64,000 nt of DNA, taken from positions 5,440,001 to 5,504,000 of the forward strand of contig JASGJH010000001.1 of NCBI GenBank assembly GCA_047601445.1, written 5' to 3'. Below are positions 1 through 9,300 of the stretch, one piece after another (the stretch's first letter is position 1; every line of letters begins with the position of its first letter). The translations under genes and the position numbers were made by a program. The notes below the pieces were generated by a model. The model saw only the letters and a program-made list of their open reading frames with translations. It was not told the DNA's origin and did no database searches. This stretch comes from Myxococcales bacterium. GTDB lineage: Bacteria > Myxococcota_A > Polyangia > Polyangiales > DASUME01.

Positions 1-2
1 GC

Positions 3-128
3 GGCGAGCGCATCAACCCCGGCACTCCCATCTCGCTGCGCGACGGGGTGAAGCTGGAATTCGCGAACCATCCCTTCACCTTCATGTCGCCGGCCCGCTT
101 TCATCGGCTGATGCAATCGGTGGGCTGA
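3..128 (+). CDS. 3' end of a gene entering the window; C-terminus resembles an FHA domain
   Basis: Frame from nt 3 reads GERINPGTPISLRDGVKLEFANHPFTFMSPARFHRLMQSVG*, with TGA at 126-128. Matches the FHA C-terminal pattern (..L.DG..l.f....f.F). Abuts the stop of the convergent glycosyltransferase. Confidence 0.5.
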   Translation, partial: GERINPGTPISLRDGVKLEFANHPFTFMSPARFHRLMQSVG

Positions 129-1292
129 TCACGCTCGGGGCCGCGAGGCCTCTCGAGCGATCTGCTCGAACGCGAGCGGGGCCTGATCGATGCTTGGGAG
201 CGCGGCGATCTCGTCGCGCACGTGCAGGGCGCTCGCTTTGAACGCCGGCTCCGCGAGCACCCGCGATAGGGCGGCTCGAATGGCCGGAGCCGAGGCCGGA
301 CGGGGCACCTGGATTCCGGCACCGATGGCCTCCACCCGCTCGGCGTTCTGGGGTTGGTCTGCGAACAGGGGCACCACCACCATGGGCACGCCATGGGCCA
401 GGGCGCCGAGCACAGTGCCGGAGCCGCCATGACAGACCACCGCGCGCGCTTCGGGAAGCACCTGATCCTGCGGCACAAAGCGCGCGACCTGCACGTGGGG
501 AGGCACCGCACCGAGAGTCTCTGGAGGCAGCTCCGCGCCCGTGGTGAGGAGCACCCGCAGGGGGAGGTCCGCCACGGCATCCAGCACGGTGCGGTACACG
601 CCCTGGATGTGAGTCGTGCTCCCCGTGACGGTGCCCAGCGTGAGGTAGACGAGGGGCACGGACGCGTCGGACCAGGTGAACGAGAGCGGCGGGTGCGAGG
701 GCAGGGAAGCGCGGAAGCGGTGCAAGATACCCGGCTCGCCTGCCTCCACATCGAAGGAACAAGGAAAACGGCTGAACGTGGGCTCGTTGCGCAGAGCGCG
801 ACCCTCGGGGTCGGAGGCCAGCCCAAGGGCGGCGCGGTGGCGCTCGAGGGCTGGACGGCTCCACAGAAAGAGCTGGCTCTCAGCCAGGCTGATGGCCACG
901 CGCGCGTGCGGAAGGCCGAGCTTTTCCGCAGCGATCACGGCGGCATACTCCTGCGCTTCGCGGACCAAGAGGTCAGGTCGAAACTGCTCGACTGCGGCGC
1001 ACAGGGCCGGCAGCGCGTGCTCGGCGCAGGCCCCTGCGAACACCTCTTCGATGACGAGTCGCACCGCGTCGGCCTCCGAGGCGGCGCGCATGCGCGCCCA
1101 AATCGGGCCCAGGCCAGCATCGCCCGGGTGACCGACCGGGAAGAACTGCGCACGACTTCGGACCACCTGCTCCGTCAGCTCGGCCGGAGCGCCCACGGCC
1201 ACCTCGTGGCCACGCGCGAGGCAAGCCTCGATGAAGGGAACCAACGGCTGGAAATGCCCCGTGTTACGCAGGGAGGTGAACAGAACGCGCAT
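129..1292 (-). CDS. Family 1 (GT-B, MGT/UDP-glucuronosyltransferase-like) glycosyltransferase
   Basis: N-terminal MRVLFT...GHFQPLVP, then VYLTLGT and the C-terminal FVPQDQVL...VVCHGGSGT...GVPMVVVPLFADQPQNA signature. Confidence 0.9.
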   Translation of the reverse strand: MRVLFTSLRNTGHFQPLVPFIEACLARGHEVAVGAPAELTEQVVRSRAQFFPVGHPGDAGLGPIWARMRAASEADAVRLVIEEVFAGACAEHALPALCAAVEQFRPDLLVREAQEYAAVIAAEKLGLPHARVAISLAESQLFLWSRPALERHRAALGLASDPEGRALRNEPTFSRFPCSFDVEAGEPGILHRFRASLPSHPPLSFTWSDASVPLVYLTLGTVTGSTTHIQGVYRTVLDAVADLPLRVLLTTGAELPPETLGAVPPHVQVARFVPQDQVLPEARAVVCHGGSGTVLGALAHGVPMVVVPLFADQPQNAERVEAIGAGIQVPRPASAPAIRAALSRVLAEPAFKASALHVRDEIAALPSIDQAPLAFEQIAREASRPRA

Positions 1293-1350
1293 GGGTGAAG
1301 AGTGTCGCCAACGGATGCGAGACGGTCAATCGAGAGCTAAATCGGCAGCC

Positions 1351-3060
1351 ATGCGTCTGTTCTCCTTGATTGGCTCGAGTCTGATCGTCACGGGCTGCGT
1401 CGCGGTTCAGCCCGGCAAGCCCGTCCAAGAGTTTCCGACCTCGGCCAAGCTCGCGGCCATCGCCGTGCAAGCCAAGACGCAGCCGGGCGCGCAACTCGAG
1501 TTCGCCCAGGGCGGCGAATGGCGCGCCGAAGAAGCCGGGACCATTCAGGAGGACCAGGAGCGTGTGGCCAGCATGGCTCCCGAGCTCGCAGTGAAGGTCG
1601 GCGCCCAAGCGTCGCAGGCACTCGACTGCGTCGCGCACGAGTTGGCGCGCGTGGTGGCCGAAACGGGAGATATCCCCTCGCTCGGGGTGCGGCGTTTCAT
1701 CTCGGGGCGCTGCGGTGCCTGGATCTCCTCGCCGGCCGCGCGCAGCTTCACGCTGACCGCACCGCCTGGTGTAGACGCGGCGCAGGTCGAGCAAAAGATT
1801 CGTGAGACCGTGGCGGCCATGCCTCCGGAGCAACTCGGCGCAATGCGCGGCATGCAGCTGGGCCTCGGCGCGGCACGAGTGCACGGCGCGGCGGGCGATC
1901 AAATCACCGTCGTGACCGCGTTCGGCGAACCACTGGTGGAGCTCACCTCCATCACGCGCATTGCCGACGCCAAGGGCCGCGTATCCATCGCAGGCCGCAT
2001 CAAGCGACCGGCCCAGTTGGCCCATGCGTTCATCAACCGAGGGCCGCTCGGCGTGGCTGCGTGCAAGCTCGATCCCGCCCGCAGCCTGCCCGACTTCGTG
2101 CTCACGTGCGAGATGGATCCAGCCGACGACCACGCGTGGGTGCAGCTCCTCGCTGCACCGCCGGGTAGGTTGATCGCCACTCCGGTGCTGGAGATGTTGG
2201 CCTTGCGCACGCCCGATGCGGCGCGGAGCTACCGAGCGCCCGACGAACTGAGCAGCGGCCGGGCCCAAAGTGCCGCCGAGTTTCAGACGCAGGCGCTGCA
2301 GGTGCTCAACGACATTCGCGCGCGCGCGCAGCTCGCCCCCCTGAGCCACGCTGCCACCCAGAGCGACGTGGCGACCCAGGTTACGCTGCCGTTCTTCCAG
2401 TCCGTCAGCAGTGACGGCGCGAGCGCCGACGACCTCAACACGACCATCGCCATGGGTCTTCTAGCCGGCTGGTCCGTGCAGGGTGGTGTCATCGCGGCGG
2501 CCGATCTCGCAGCATCCATGTCCGAGCAGCAAGGAGACGCGGGGCGCTGGGTATCGAGTGCCCTCGAGCTGCCCATGGCACGAGCCGTGTTGCTGGCTCC
2601 TTCGGCCTCCAGCCTGGCCATCGGCGTAAGCCTCGAGCCCAAAGGAGTCGCGGCCCTGGCGGTGGCCTATCAGTTCGTCGATCCCCACGCCGACGCCGAT
2701 CGACTCGCAGTCGACATCCTCGTGCGCTTGAAAGACGTGCGCGACGCTCGGCATCTCGGCAAGACCGTGATGATCACCGACACGCCCGGCCTGAACGACG
2801 CCCTGCAGAGCATTCGCAACAAGGGGCAAGCACCCGGGCAGGCTCTGGAGAACGTACTCGACCACGTCTCGTCCTCGCTCGGCCGGAGCGTGCTCGGCTT
2901 CGCCTGGGAGACCCACACGCTCGACGGCATCGAGTTTCCGGAGGAACTCCTGCGCCAAGGCGATCTCTACATCGGTGCCGGAGTTGCGCAGTATCGGCCA
3001 GCCGGCGCCGCATGGGCGCAGTACGCGGTCCTATTCGCGGTGATCCAAGCGCAACCCTAA
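1351..3060 (+). CDS. Putative lipoprotein with a CAP/SCP-like segment
   Basis: ATG 1351 gives a signal peptide with lipobox (IVTGC). ALQVLNDIRARAQLAPL resembles the start of a CAP domain. The ORF-track start (1231) overlaps the divergent gene. Confidence 0.6.
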   Translation: MRLFSLIGSSLIVTGCVAVQPGKPVQEFPTSAKLAAIAVQAKTQPGAQLEFAQGGEWRAEEAGTIQEDQERVASMAPELAVKVGAQASQALDCVAHELARVVAETGDIPSLGVRRFISGRCGAWISSPAARSFTLTAPPGVDAAQVEQKIRETVAAMPPEQLGAMRGMQLGLGAARVHGAAGDQITVVTAFGEPLVELTSITRIADAKGRVSIAGRIKRPAQLAHAFINRGPLGVAACKLDPARSLPDFVLTCEMDPADDHAWVQLLAAPPGRLIATPVLEMLALRTPDAARSYRAPDELSSGRAQSAAEFQTQALQVLNDIRARAQLAPLSHAATQSDVATQVTLPFFQSVSSDGASADDLNTTIAMGLLAGWSVQGGVIAAADLAASMSEQQGDAGRWVSSALELPMARAVLLAPSASSLAIGVSLEPKGVAALAVAYQFVDPHADADRLAVDILVRLKDVRDARHLGKTVMITDTPGLNDALQSIRNKGQAPGQALENVLDHVSSSLGRSVLGFAWETHTLDGIEFPEELLRQGDLYIGAGVAQYRPAGAAWAQYAVLFAVIQAQP

Positions 3061-3077
3061 GTCCTCCGCGCCCAAGT

Positions 3078-3319
3078 GAAGCCCGTGCGCACACGGGGTT
3101 CTCCCTTCTGCGCGCGGTCGCCATGGGCAGCGATCCGCGTTGTACGTCCCGTGATCGCTTCGAACGGTGGGGCCGCGAACTCGCTCCTCGGGTGGACTCG
3201 AGTTTCGCTCAGACAGCGCGGCTCATCAGGCCGCTGACCTGGTGGTATTTCTGTTCTGCGCTTCGGCCGGGGGCGTGCCATGCGCGCAGAAGGGAGAACC
3301 CCGTGTGCGCACGGGCTTC
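3078..3319 (+). repeat. Element A: 166-nt core enclosed by a perfect 38-bp inverted repeat
   Basis: 3078-3115 gaagcccgtgcgcacacggggttctcccttctgcgcgc is the exact reverse complement of 3282-3319. Confidence 0.9.
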
Positions 3320-3343
3320 CCATGGGTGCTCGGTGTGCTCAAA

Positions 3344-3432
3344 CTCGAGTTCACTCGAGTGGGCTCGCCAAGGGTTCGCTTGAGTTGAGCTCTCGCTCGA
3401 GTTCACTCGAGTGGGCTCGCCAAGGGTTCGCT
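3344..3432. repeat. Two identical 37-bp direct repeats separated by 15 bp
   Basis: ctcgagttcactcgagtgggctcgccaagggttcgct at 3344-3380 and 3396-3432. Confidence 0.9.
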
Positions 3433-3485
3433 CACCGGGAAACTCACTCGAGCTCGGATGAGCAAAGAGAACAAACGAGCACGAG

Positions 3486-3775
3486 GGCTCGCGGCGCGCT
3501 CTTGGGTAGCCCTCTGGTGAGGGCAAGGGGCTTCCCTCTGCGCGCACGGCACGCCCCCGGGTGAAGCACAGAACAGACGTACCACCAGGTCAGCCACCTC
3601 ATGAGCCGCGCTGTCTGAGCGAAACTCGAGTCCGCCCAGGGAGCGAGTTCGCGGCCCCACCGTTCGAAGCGATCTCATGACGTACGACCGTGGATCGCAG
3701 CTCATGGCGACCGCGCGCAGAGGGAAGGCCCTTGCCCTCACCAGAGGGCTCTCCATCTGGGGCGCGCCGCGAGCC
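3486..3775 (-). repeat. Element B: inverted second copy of the element-A core, enclosed by a different 38-bp inverted repeat with an outer extension
   Basis: 3508-3545 pairs with 3713-3750 (37/38). Outer ggctcgcggcgcgc (3486) pairs with gcgcgccgcgagcc (ends 3775). The reverse complement of core 3546-3712 aligns to 3116-3281 with about 20 differences in 167 nt. Confidence 0.9.
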
Positions 3776-3785
3776 GTCGTGAGAG

Positions 3786-5105
3786 TCAGGAGCGGTAGTC
3801 GGCGTTCTCGCTGATGTACTCGTGGGTGCGATCGGCGCCGAGCACGATCGCAGCCTGATCACCGAGCCCGAGCTCCACAGTGATCTCCACGCTGCGCTCG
3901 TGGGGCGGATAGCTGACTGGGGGACGGAAGGTGAGCCCGTCGGCCGGCGGCACCGAAGCGTACAGCTCGGCGGCCTTGAGGTGCGCCACCAGGGCCTGCT
4001 CCTTGTCCGGACTCAGCGCGAAGATGCCGTTCTTCATCAGCTCGATGCCGCCCATGGTGAGGCGAGTGCGCGAAAGATCGAGCGTGGAATCCACAGCGCC
4101 CACGTACTTGCCGATGGCACACACGAGACGGCCCACGTTGGGGTCGTTGCCTGCCACGGCGCACTGGAACAGCGGCGAGTTCACCACACTCTTGCCGATG
4201 GCGCGCGCCAGCGCCTGCGTGGGAGCGCCCGTGACGTGCACGCGCATCACGTGGTGCACGCCCTCGCCGTTGCGCACTACGTCTTCGGTGAGGTCGCGGC
4301 ATAGCTGCGCCAGTCCCTCGCGGAAAGGCTTGAGATCGGCGCACGGAATCTGGCGCGAGGTGAGGGCCACCACGGTGTCACTGGTGGAGGTGTCGCTGTC
4401 GATGGACATGCAGTTGAAGCTATTGTCGACGGCGGTGTGCAGCGCAGCGCGCAGGTCTTCGCGTGTGATGTCGAGGTCGGTGAGGATGTACACCAGCATG
4501 GTGGCCAGGTTCGGCTCGATCATGCCCGCGCCCTTGGCAATGCCCACGATGCGACCGGCGCCGACGTTTACGCTGCGAATCTTCGGATAGAGGTCGGTGG
4601 TGCAGATGCCGTGCGCGGCCGGCAAGATGGACTTGGGCTGCAACGCCTGCACGGCCTCGGGCACGTGCTGACACAGGGCGTCCACGGGCAACTGCCAGCC
4701 GATGACTCCCGTGGAGGACGGCAACACCTCGCGTGCACTCAGGCCGAGCGCGCGCGCTGCCTCGCCGCTCACGCGCTCTGCCGCCTCGACTCCGCCCGGA
4801 GCGCACACGTTGGAGATCTTGTTGTTGATCACGATGGCGCCCAGACGCGGCTCCTGCAAACGCTGACGCCCCACGATCACGGGCGCGCCCGGGAAGGCGT
4901 TCTTGGTGAACATGGCGGCGAACGAATCGGTGGGCTGGTCGAGCGCAATCAGCGTGACCGTCATCTTGGCAGGCTTGGGAACTTCCATCGGCGTGAAGGC
5001 GAAGCGCGCGGTGCCCACACGAAAGCCGCGCGGCAAGGCCGCCTGGCTCTCGAGCCAAGTGAGATGCGCTGCCTGGGAGTCGAAGCTGAGCTGAGTCGAG
5101 GCCAT
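3786..5105 (-). CDS. argJ: Bifunctional ornithine acetyltransferase/N-acetylglutamate synthase ArgJ
   Basis: Motifs SSTGVIG, ICTTD, GIAKGAGMIEPNLATML (autocleavage Thr), SIDSDTSTSDT, NGEG, GNDPNVGR and terminal NADYRS. Start at ATG 5105 (MASTQLSF). Confidence 0.93.
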   Translation of the reverse strand: MASTQLSFDSQAAHLTWLESQAALPRGFRVGTARFAFTPMEVPKPAKMTVTLIALDQPTDSFAAMFTKNAFPGAPVIVGRQRLQEPRLGAIVINNKISNVCAPGGVEAAERVSGEAARALGLSAREVLPSSTGVIGWQLPVDALCQHVPEAVQALQPKSILPAAHGICTTDLYPKIRSVNVGAGRIVGIAKGAGMIEPNLATMLVYILTDLDITREDLRAALHTAVDNSFNCMSIDSDTSTSDTVVALTSRQIPCADLKPFREGLAQLCRDLTEDVVRNGEGVHHVMRVHVTGAPTQALARAIGKSVVNSPLFQCAVAGNDPNVGRLVCAIGKYVGAVDSTLDLSRTRLTMGGIELMKNGIFALSPDKEQALVAHLKAAELYASVPPADGLTFRPPVSYPPHERSVEITVELGLGDQAAIVLGADRTHEYISENADYRS

Positions 5106-5158
5106 GGGTGGCCGAACAGTGACCGTTTTTGTGGGCCAACGCAAAGAGCGGACGGGGG

Positions 5159-6052
5159 TCAGCCCCTGGGTGCTCGCGCGCGCATGAGGAGGTAGCCCGC
5201 CAGTAGCATCAGCACGGCACCGAGTAGAAAGCCCGAGCTCGGCGGGATCTCGAACACCAGGGTGTCCACCAGCATGCCCAGAGCGATCGAGGAGTAGCCG
5301 ACGATGGAGACCTTGGCGGCCTCGGCATGGACGTAGGCGTAGGTCATGAGCAGCTGACCGAGCAGGCCGAAAGCGGCCAGGGCCAGGGTGAGAGCGGCAA
5401 AGTGCATGAGCGCGAGCGCTGGGGGCAGCGACCTGAAGTGGCCGTTGGTCACCCCCGCCAGCAGGGACACCAGCGAAACCCAGGCAGAGAAGTGAAACAC
5501 CACACGTTCGGGTGGATCTTGCTCGGCCGCGATGCGCACCCAGATGTGCGCCACGGCGCTGGCCAGGGCTGAGCCGATGGCGAACGCGGCGGGCACGACC
5601 GGAATCTGCTGCGTGTTGGCGGAGGGATCGAGCAAGACCCAGGCGCCCGCAAACGACAACGCCATGGCGAGCCAGGTGCTGCCCGCGACCCGCTCCCGCA
5701 AGAACAGGGGGGACGCCAGCGCCACGAACACCGGCTGCGAGAGCCCAAGCGTGGAGAACTGGGACAACGAGAGCGAGCGCATGGAGGCGAAGTTGAGCCC
5801 CATGGCCATGGACCCGAACAGCGAGCGCGCGAACAGACTGCGCGGCGCGACCGGCCGCACACCCTGCCCCTTCCGCTGCAACATCCACCACAGAACCGGC
5901 AAGCCAGGGGCCGTGCGCACGAACATCACTTCGCTCGTGTCGAGGCCCACCTGCCGCGCGAACTTCACCGCCGTCTGCATCGCCACGAACGAAAGCGTCG
6001 CCAACAGCATCAACACGATCGCTTTGGTGGGTCGCTCAACTCGCTTGGACAC
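5159..6052 (-). CDS. DMT/EamA family transporter
   Basis: 297 aa, about 10 hydrophobic helices in two repeats, motif PVFVALASPLFLRERV. Confidence 0.88.
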   Translation of the reverse strand: MSKRVERPTKAIVLMLLATLSFVAMQTAVKFARQVGLDTSEVMFVRTAPGLPVLWWMLQRKGQGVRPVAPRSLFARSLFGSMAMGLNFASMRSLSLSQFSTLGLSQPVFVALASPLFLRERVAGSTWLAMALSFAGAWVLLDPSANTQQIPVVPAAFAIGSALASAVAHIWVRIAAEQDPPERVVFHFSAWVSLVSLLAGVTNGHFRSLPPALALMHFAALTLALAAFGLLGQLLMTYAYVHAEAAKVSIVGYSSIALGMLVDTLVFEIPPSSGFLLGAVLMLLAGYLLMRARAPRG

Positions 6053-6188
6053 GCGGAGGTGCTCATAGCATTCCTCAGAGCCCGCACCCCAGAGAGGCGA
6101 GCACGCGCACGACTACGTTCTAACGAGCCGACGCTTGACGCTTCCTCTCCTTCCTTCCCATCCCATCAAGCTGCACACCGCCACCAGA

Positions 6189-6388
6189 GCTGCGGGCGTC
6201 AGAAGGGGTCGAGCCGCGAGCGCCCCCGCAGGGCCCGACTGAGGCGTACTTCCTGTACGCCGCAGGGAGGGACCGAGGAGGTAAGCCGCGGATCGGCCCC
6301 TGCTGGCGCCCGCAGCAAGCTCCTGTACGCCGCAGGGAGGGACCGCGGAGGTAAGCCGCGGATCGGCCCCTTCTGGCGCCCGCAGCAA
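6189..6388. repeat. REP-like extragenic cluster: one diverged inverted unit plus two tandem 70-bp units
   Basis: 6251-6318 and 6321-6388 are near-identical (period 70). 6189-6249 (gctgcgggcg...gaggcgtac) is an imperfect reverse complement of the unit. Confidence 0.85.
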
Positions 6389-9300
6389 TTAAGGAAGCCA
6401 GGCGACGTCGGCGGACCACATCGTCCCCGGCCCATACCCAAAGGTGACCATCGTGCTGCGTGGCAGGGCGATCTCGAAGCGCACGCCCAGGCCCACGTTG
6501 CCGCCTGGGCCGCCGTTTTGGGTGTTGCCGACGACGCCTTCCACGTAGGCGCCGCGCGCGACGCCGCGCAAGAAGGGCGGGATCATGCTGGTGGCGTCGA
6601 AGCCCGCGCGCGCCTGGCTGGCCTCCCCTCGTGAATTGCTGCCGACCGACACCGTGGGCACCCAGGCTCCGAGGCGCTCGCGCGCGGTCATGCTCAGCAA
6701 GCCCGCCGTGAGGCCGAGACCGAACGCGTTGGCGTCGGCCTGGGCAGTCACCGCAGCCTCGGCGGCACCCATGCCCGAGAGAATGGCGAAGGCCTGCTCG
6801 GCGTCGCTGGCCGCACCGCTGAAGTTCAGCGCGGGGCTGCTGGCGCGGCCGGAGACCTCCACGAACAGCGGCGATTGACCGCCGGGGGGCTCGTAGCTCG
6901 CGCGCAGGTCGAGCTGGGGCTCGTCGGAATCCTCCAGGAAGCGCACCGTACCGCGCTGAATGTTGAAGGACTTGCCAAGCAACTTGAGGTTGCCCTGCAC
7001 GATGGTGGCCTCGCCGACCAGCACGTCCTTGCCCTTGATGTTCTGCAGCGCGAGATCGAGCCCAAGCTGCACGCGGAAATCGCGGTGCTTGAGCCAAAGG
7101 TCCTGCTTGGACCTGATCTCCAGGGTCTGCAGCGCGAACCCCGACTCCCCCTGCTTCCTCTCCACACTCAGTGCCTGCTCCGGTGCGTCGCTCATGCGCA
7201 CGTCCGGATGCGGCTCGAGCTCCTGCACTGCCTTGCCTGTCGAGCCCGAGAACTGAAACGTAGCGCTGCGTACGAAGGCTTCGACCGAGAGCTTGCTCTG
7301 CTGGTCGAGGTGCGCCGCGAGGTCCGCACCCAGCGTGGCGCTGCCCATGATCTGCCCCTGGCGTCGCACCGGCACGTTCTCGGCACGCAGCTTGAGCTTG
7401 GCCTCGGCGCGGCCACCCGGCAGGAGCTTGGCCTTGCCCTCCAGATAGAGTCGACCATTGCGGTCCCTGGCAGATACGTCGGTGAGCGTCAGCGTGTCGC
7501 CCGCAAAGTCCACGCGTCCGTGGATGCCACGCACGGGTTGGGCCAGGCTCGCCACCGTGAAGGCCACGTCATCGAACACCAGGTAGCCGTGCGGAACGGG
7601 CTGGCGCACGCTGCCCGTCACCCGAACGTCTCCGCTGAACGTGCCGCCGCCGCGGCCCACCGCGCTGGTGAACTCGAGCAGCGGTGCCACCATGAGATTG
7701 GCCACGCGCAGATGCATGTCCAGCGGAGAATTCAGCGAGATCCCGGGCCTCACGCCGCGAAAGCGCAGCGGCAGGGTGGCCTGCAAGGAACCGCGTTCCT
7801 TGCCGCCCGTGACGATCTTGAGAGCGAGCTCGGCGTGGTGCGCGTCGTTGCGCAGAGTGGCACTCCCGGAGATCGGCTTCGAGCTCGCGGTCGTGAGGCC
7901 TTCCACACGCAGATTCAGGTCCACGTCCGGAGGGCCACCGGCGGGCAACACCGCCGCTAGCTCGAAGCCTGCTTGACCGCTGTTGAGGTTGCACAGGCCT
8001 GGCATGGCATAGAGCGGAAGGTTTTCGGCGCTGCCATCCAGAGTGGCTTGCGCCGAGCCGGGCTCGTCGGGCCAATCCCAAATCCACGCGCTCGGCAGCA
8101 CCAGGTTGAAGAACGCATCTCCGCCGCGACTGGTACTCGCGCTGAGCGATCCTCGCAGGCGCATGTCATCGAGGTCGGCCTGCGCGATCAGACTGGTCTG
8201 GAGCTCGGCTCCGCAGTCGGTGTCGAAGGCGGAGCTGCGTGCGTCCGCCGTCATCTGCAGCGATCCCTTGTTCGAGCCGTTCTCGCGCACGAACGTCACG
8301 GCGCCCGCGGTCTGCATCGGTAGGGCCAAGCCACTCGCCTGCACCAGCTTGCCGAGCATGCCCTGGAGCGCATCCAGCGCATCGATGCGCCAGTGCAGGT
8401 CCATGTGCACGCTGGGCGGAAGTCCCTGCAACGCCGCGAGCCCTTCTACAGGAAGCGCCAGGTCGAGGCGGCCCTCGAGCTGGGGTTCGGGATGACTGAA
8501 GTCCGTGGCATGCAGCTCGAGCGTGGCACCGTTGCCCGTGAGCAGTGCCTCGGCATGCACCTGCGGTCGCCCGAACGTCTGGTCTCGCAGCGATACCGTC
8601 AAGAAGCCCGAGGGTTGGAGCGGATTGCCCTCCACGTTCAAGCTGGCCTGCACGGATGCGTCGCCGAGCGCGCCCGCGACCGGCAGCATGGGCGGCGGCA
8701 AATCGGAGAGCGGACCATTCGCCGTCACGTACAAGCGCCCGTGCCCAGCGAGTAGGGCATCCTTCAGCGCGGCCGGCTCCGCGGGCCAGTCGTACTCGGC
8801 GGTGGCGTCCACCACGAGTCCCTTGCCGCCTCGCAAGCTGAGCTGCGCGCTGGCCTGGCGCGAACCCGAGTTCACATCGAGCGCCAGCGTGCCGCGCAAG
8901 GGCGGTGCGTCCGCCGCCTGCACATGGTGGGCAGTCAGCCACAGGCTCACGTTCGGATGCTCGAGGTCGCCCGAGATCACGGCGCGCCCGTCGAGCGCGC
9001 CAGCAAGCCCCGGGAGCAACGGGCTCAGCAGCTCCAACGCGAAGTCCGAGGTATCGAGCCGAAACGCAAGCTCGCCGTGCGCGCCGAGCAGCCCGTTCGC
9101 GTCGAGCCTGGCGCGTCCGCTACGCAAGGAAAGACCGCGCACCGCGAAGGCGCCCGCCGCGTAGCGGATGTCGGGAACCAGCAGCGACAGCGAGCGCCCG
9201 TGTACGCTCCCCGCAAACTCCGCTGAAAGGCTCGTCGTGAACGTCTTGGCGGAGAACCATGGCGACAGCGTGCCGTGGACGACCCCGTGCGCTTCGACGT

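Noticed and set aside
3344..3432. CRISPR array from the 37-bp direct repeats
   Set aside because: Only two full repeats, a 15-nt spacer and no cas genes in the window.
3012..3862. Several short ORFs (73-123 aa) across the repeat region
   Set aside because: Products of the inverted repeats; the two core copies differ by a frameshifting indel, so no protein is conserved.
5106..5891. 701-aa extended ArgJ as a fusion protein
   Set aside because: The N-terminal extension overlaps the DMT gene in another frame and is low-information; real start is ATG 5105.
6251..6388. 70-bp tandem repeat as CRISPR
   Set aside because: Units are adjacent with no unique spacers.
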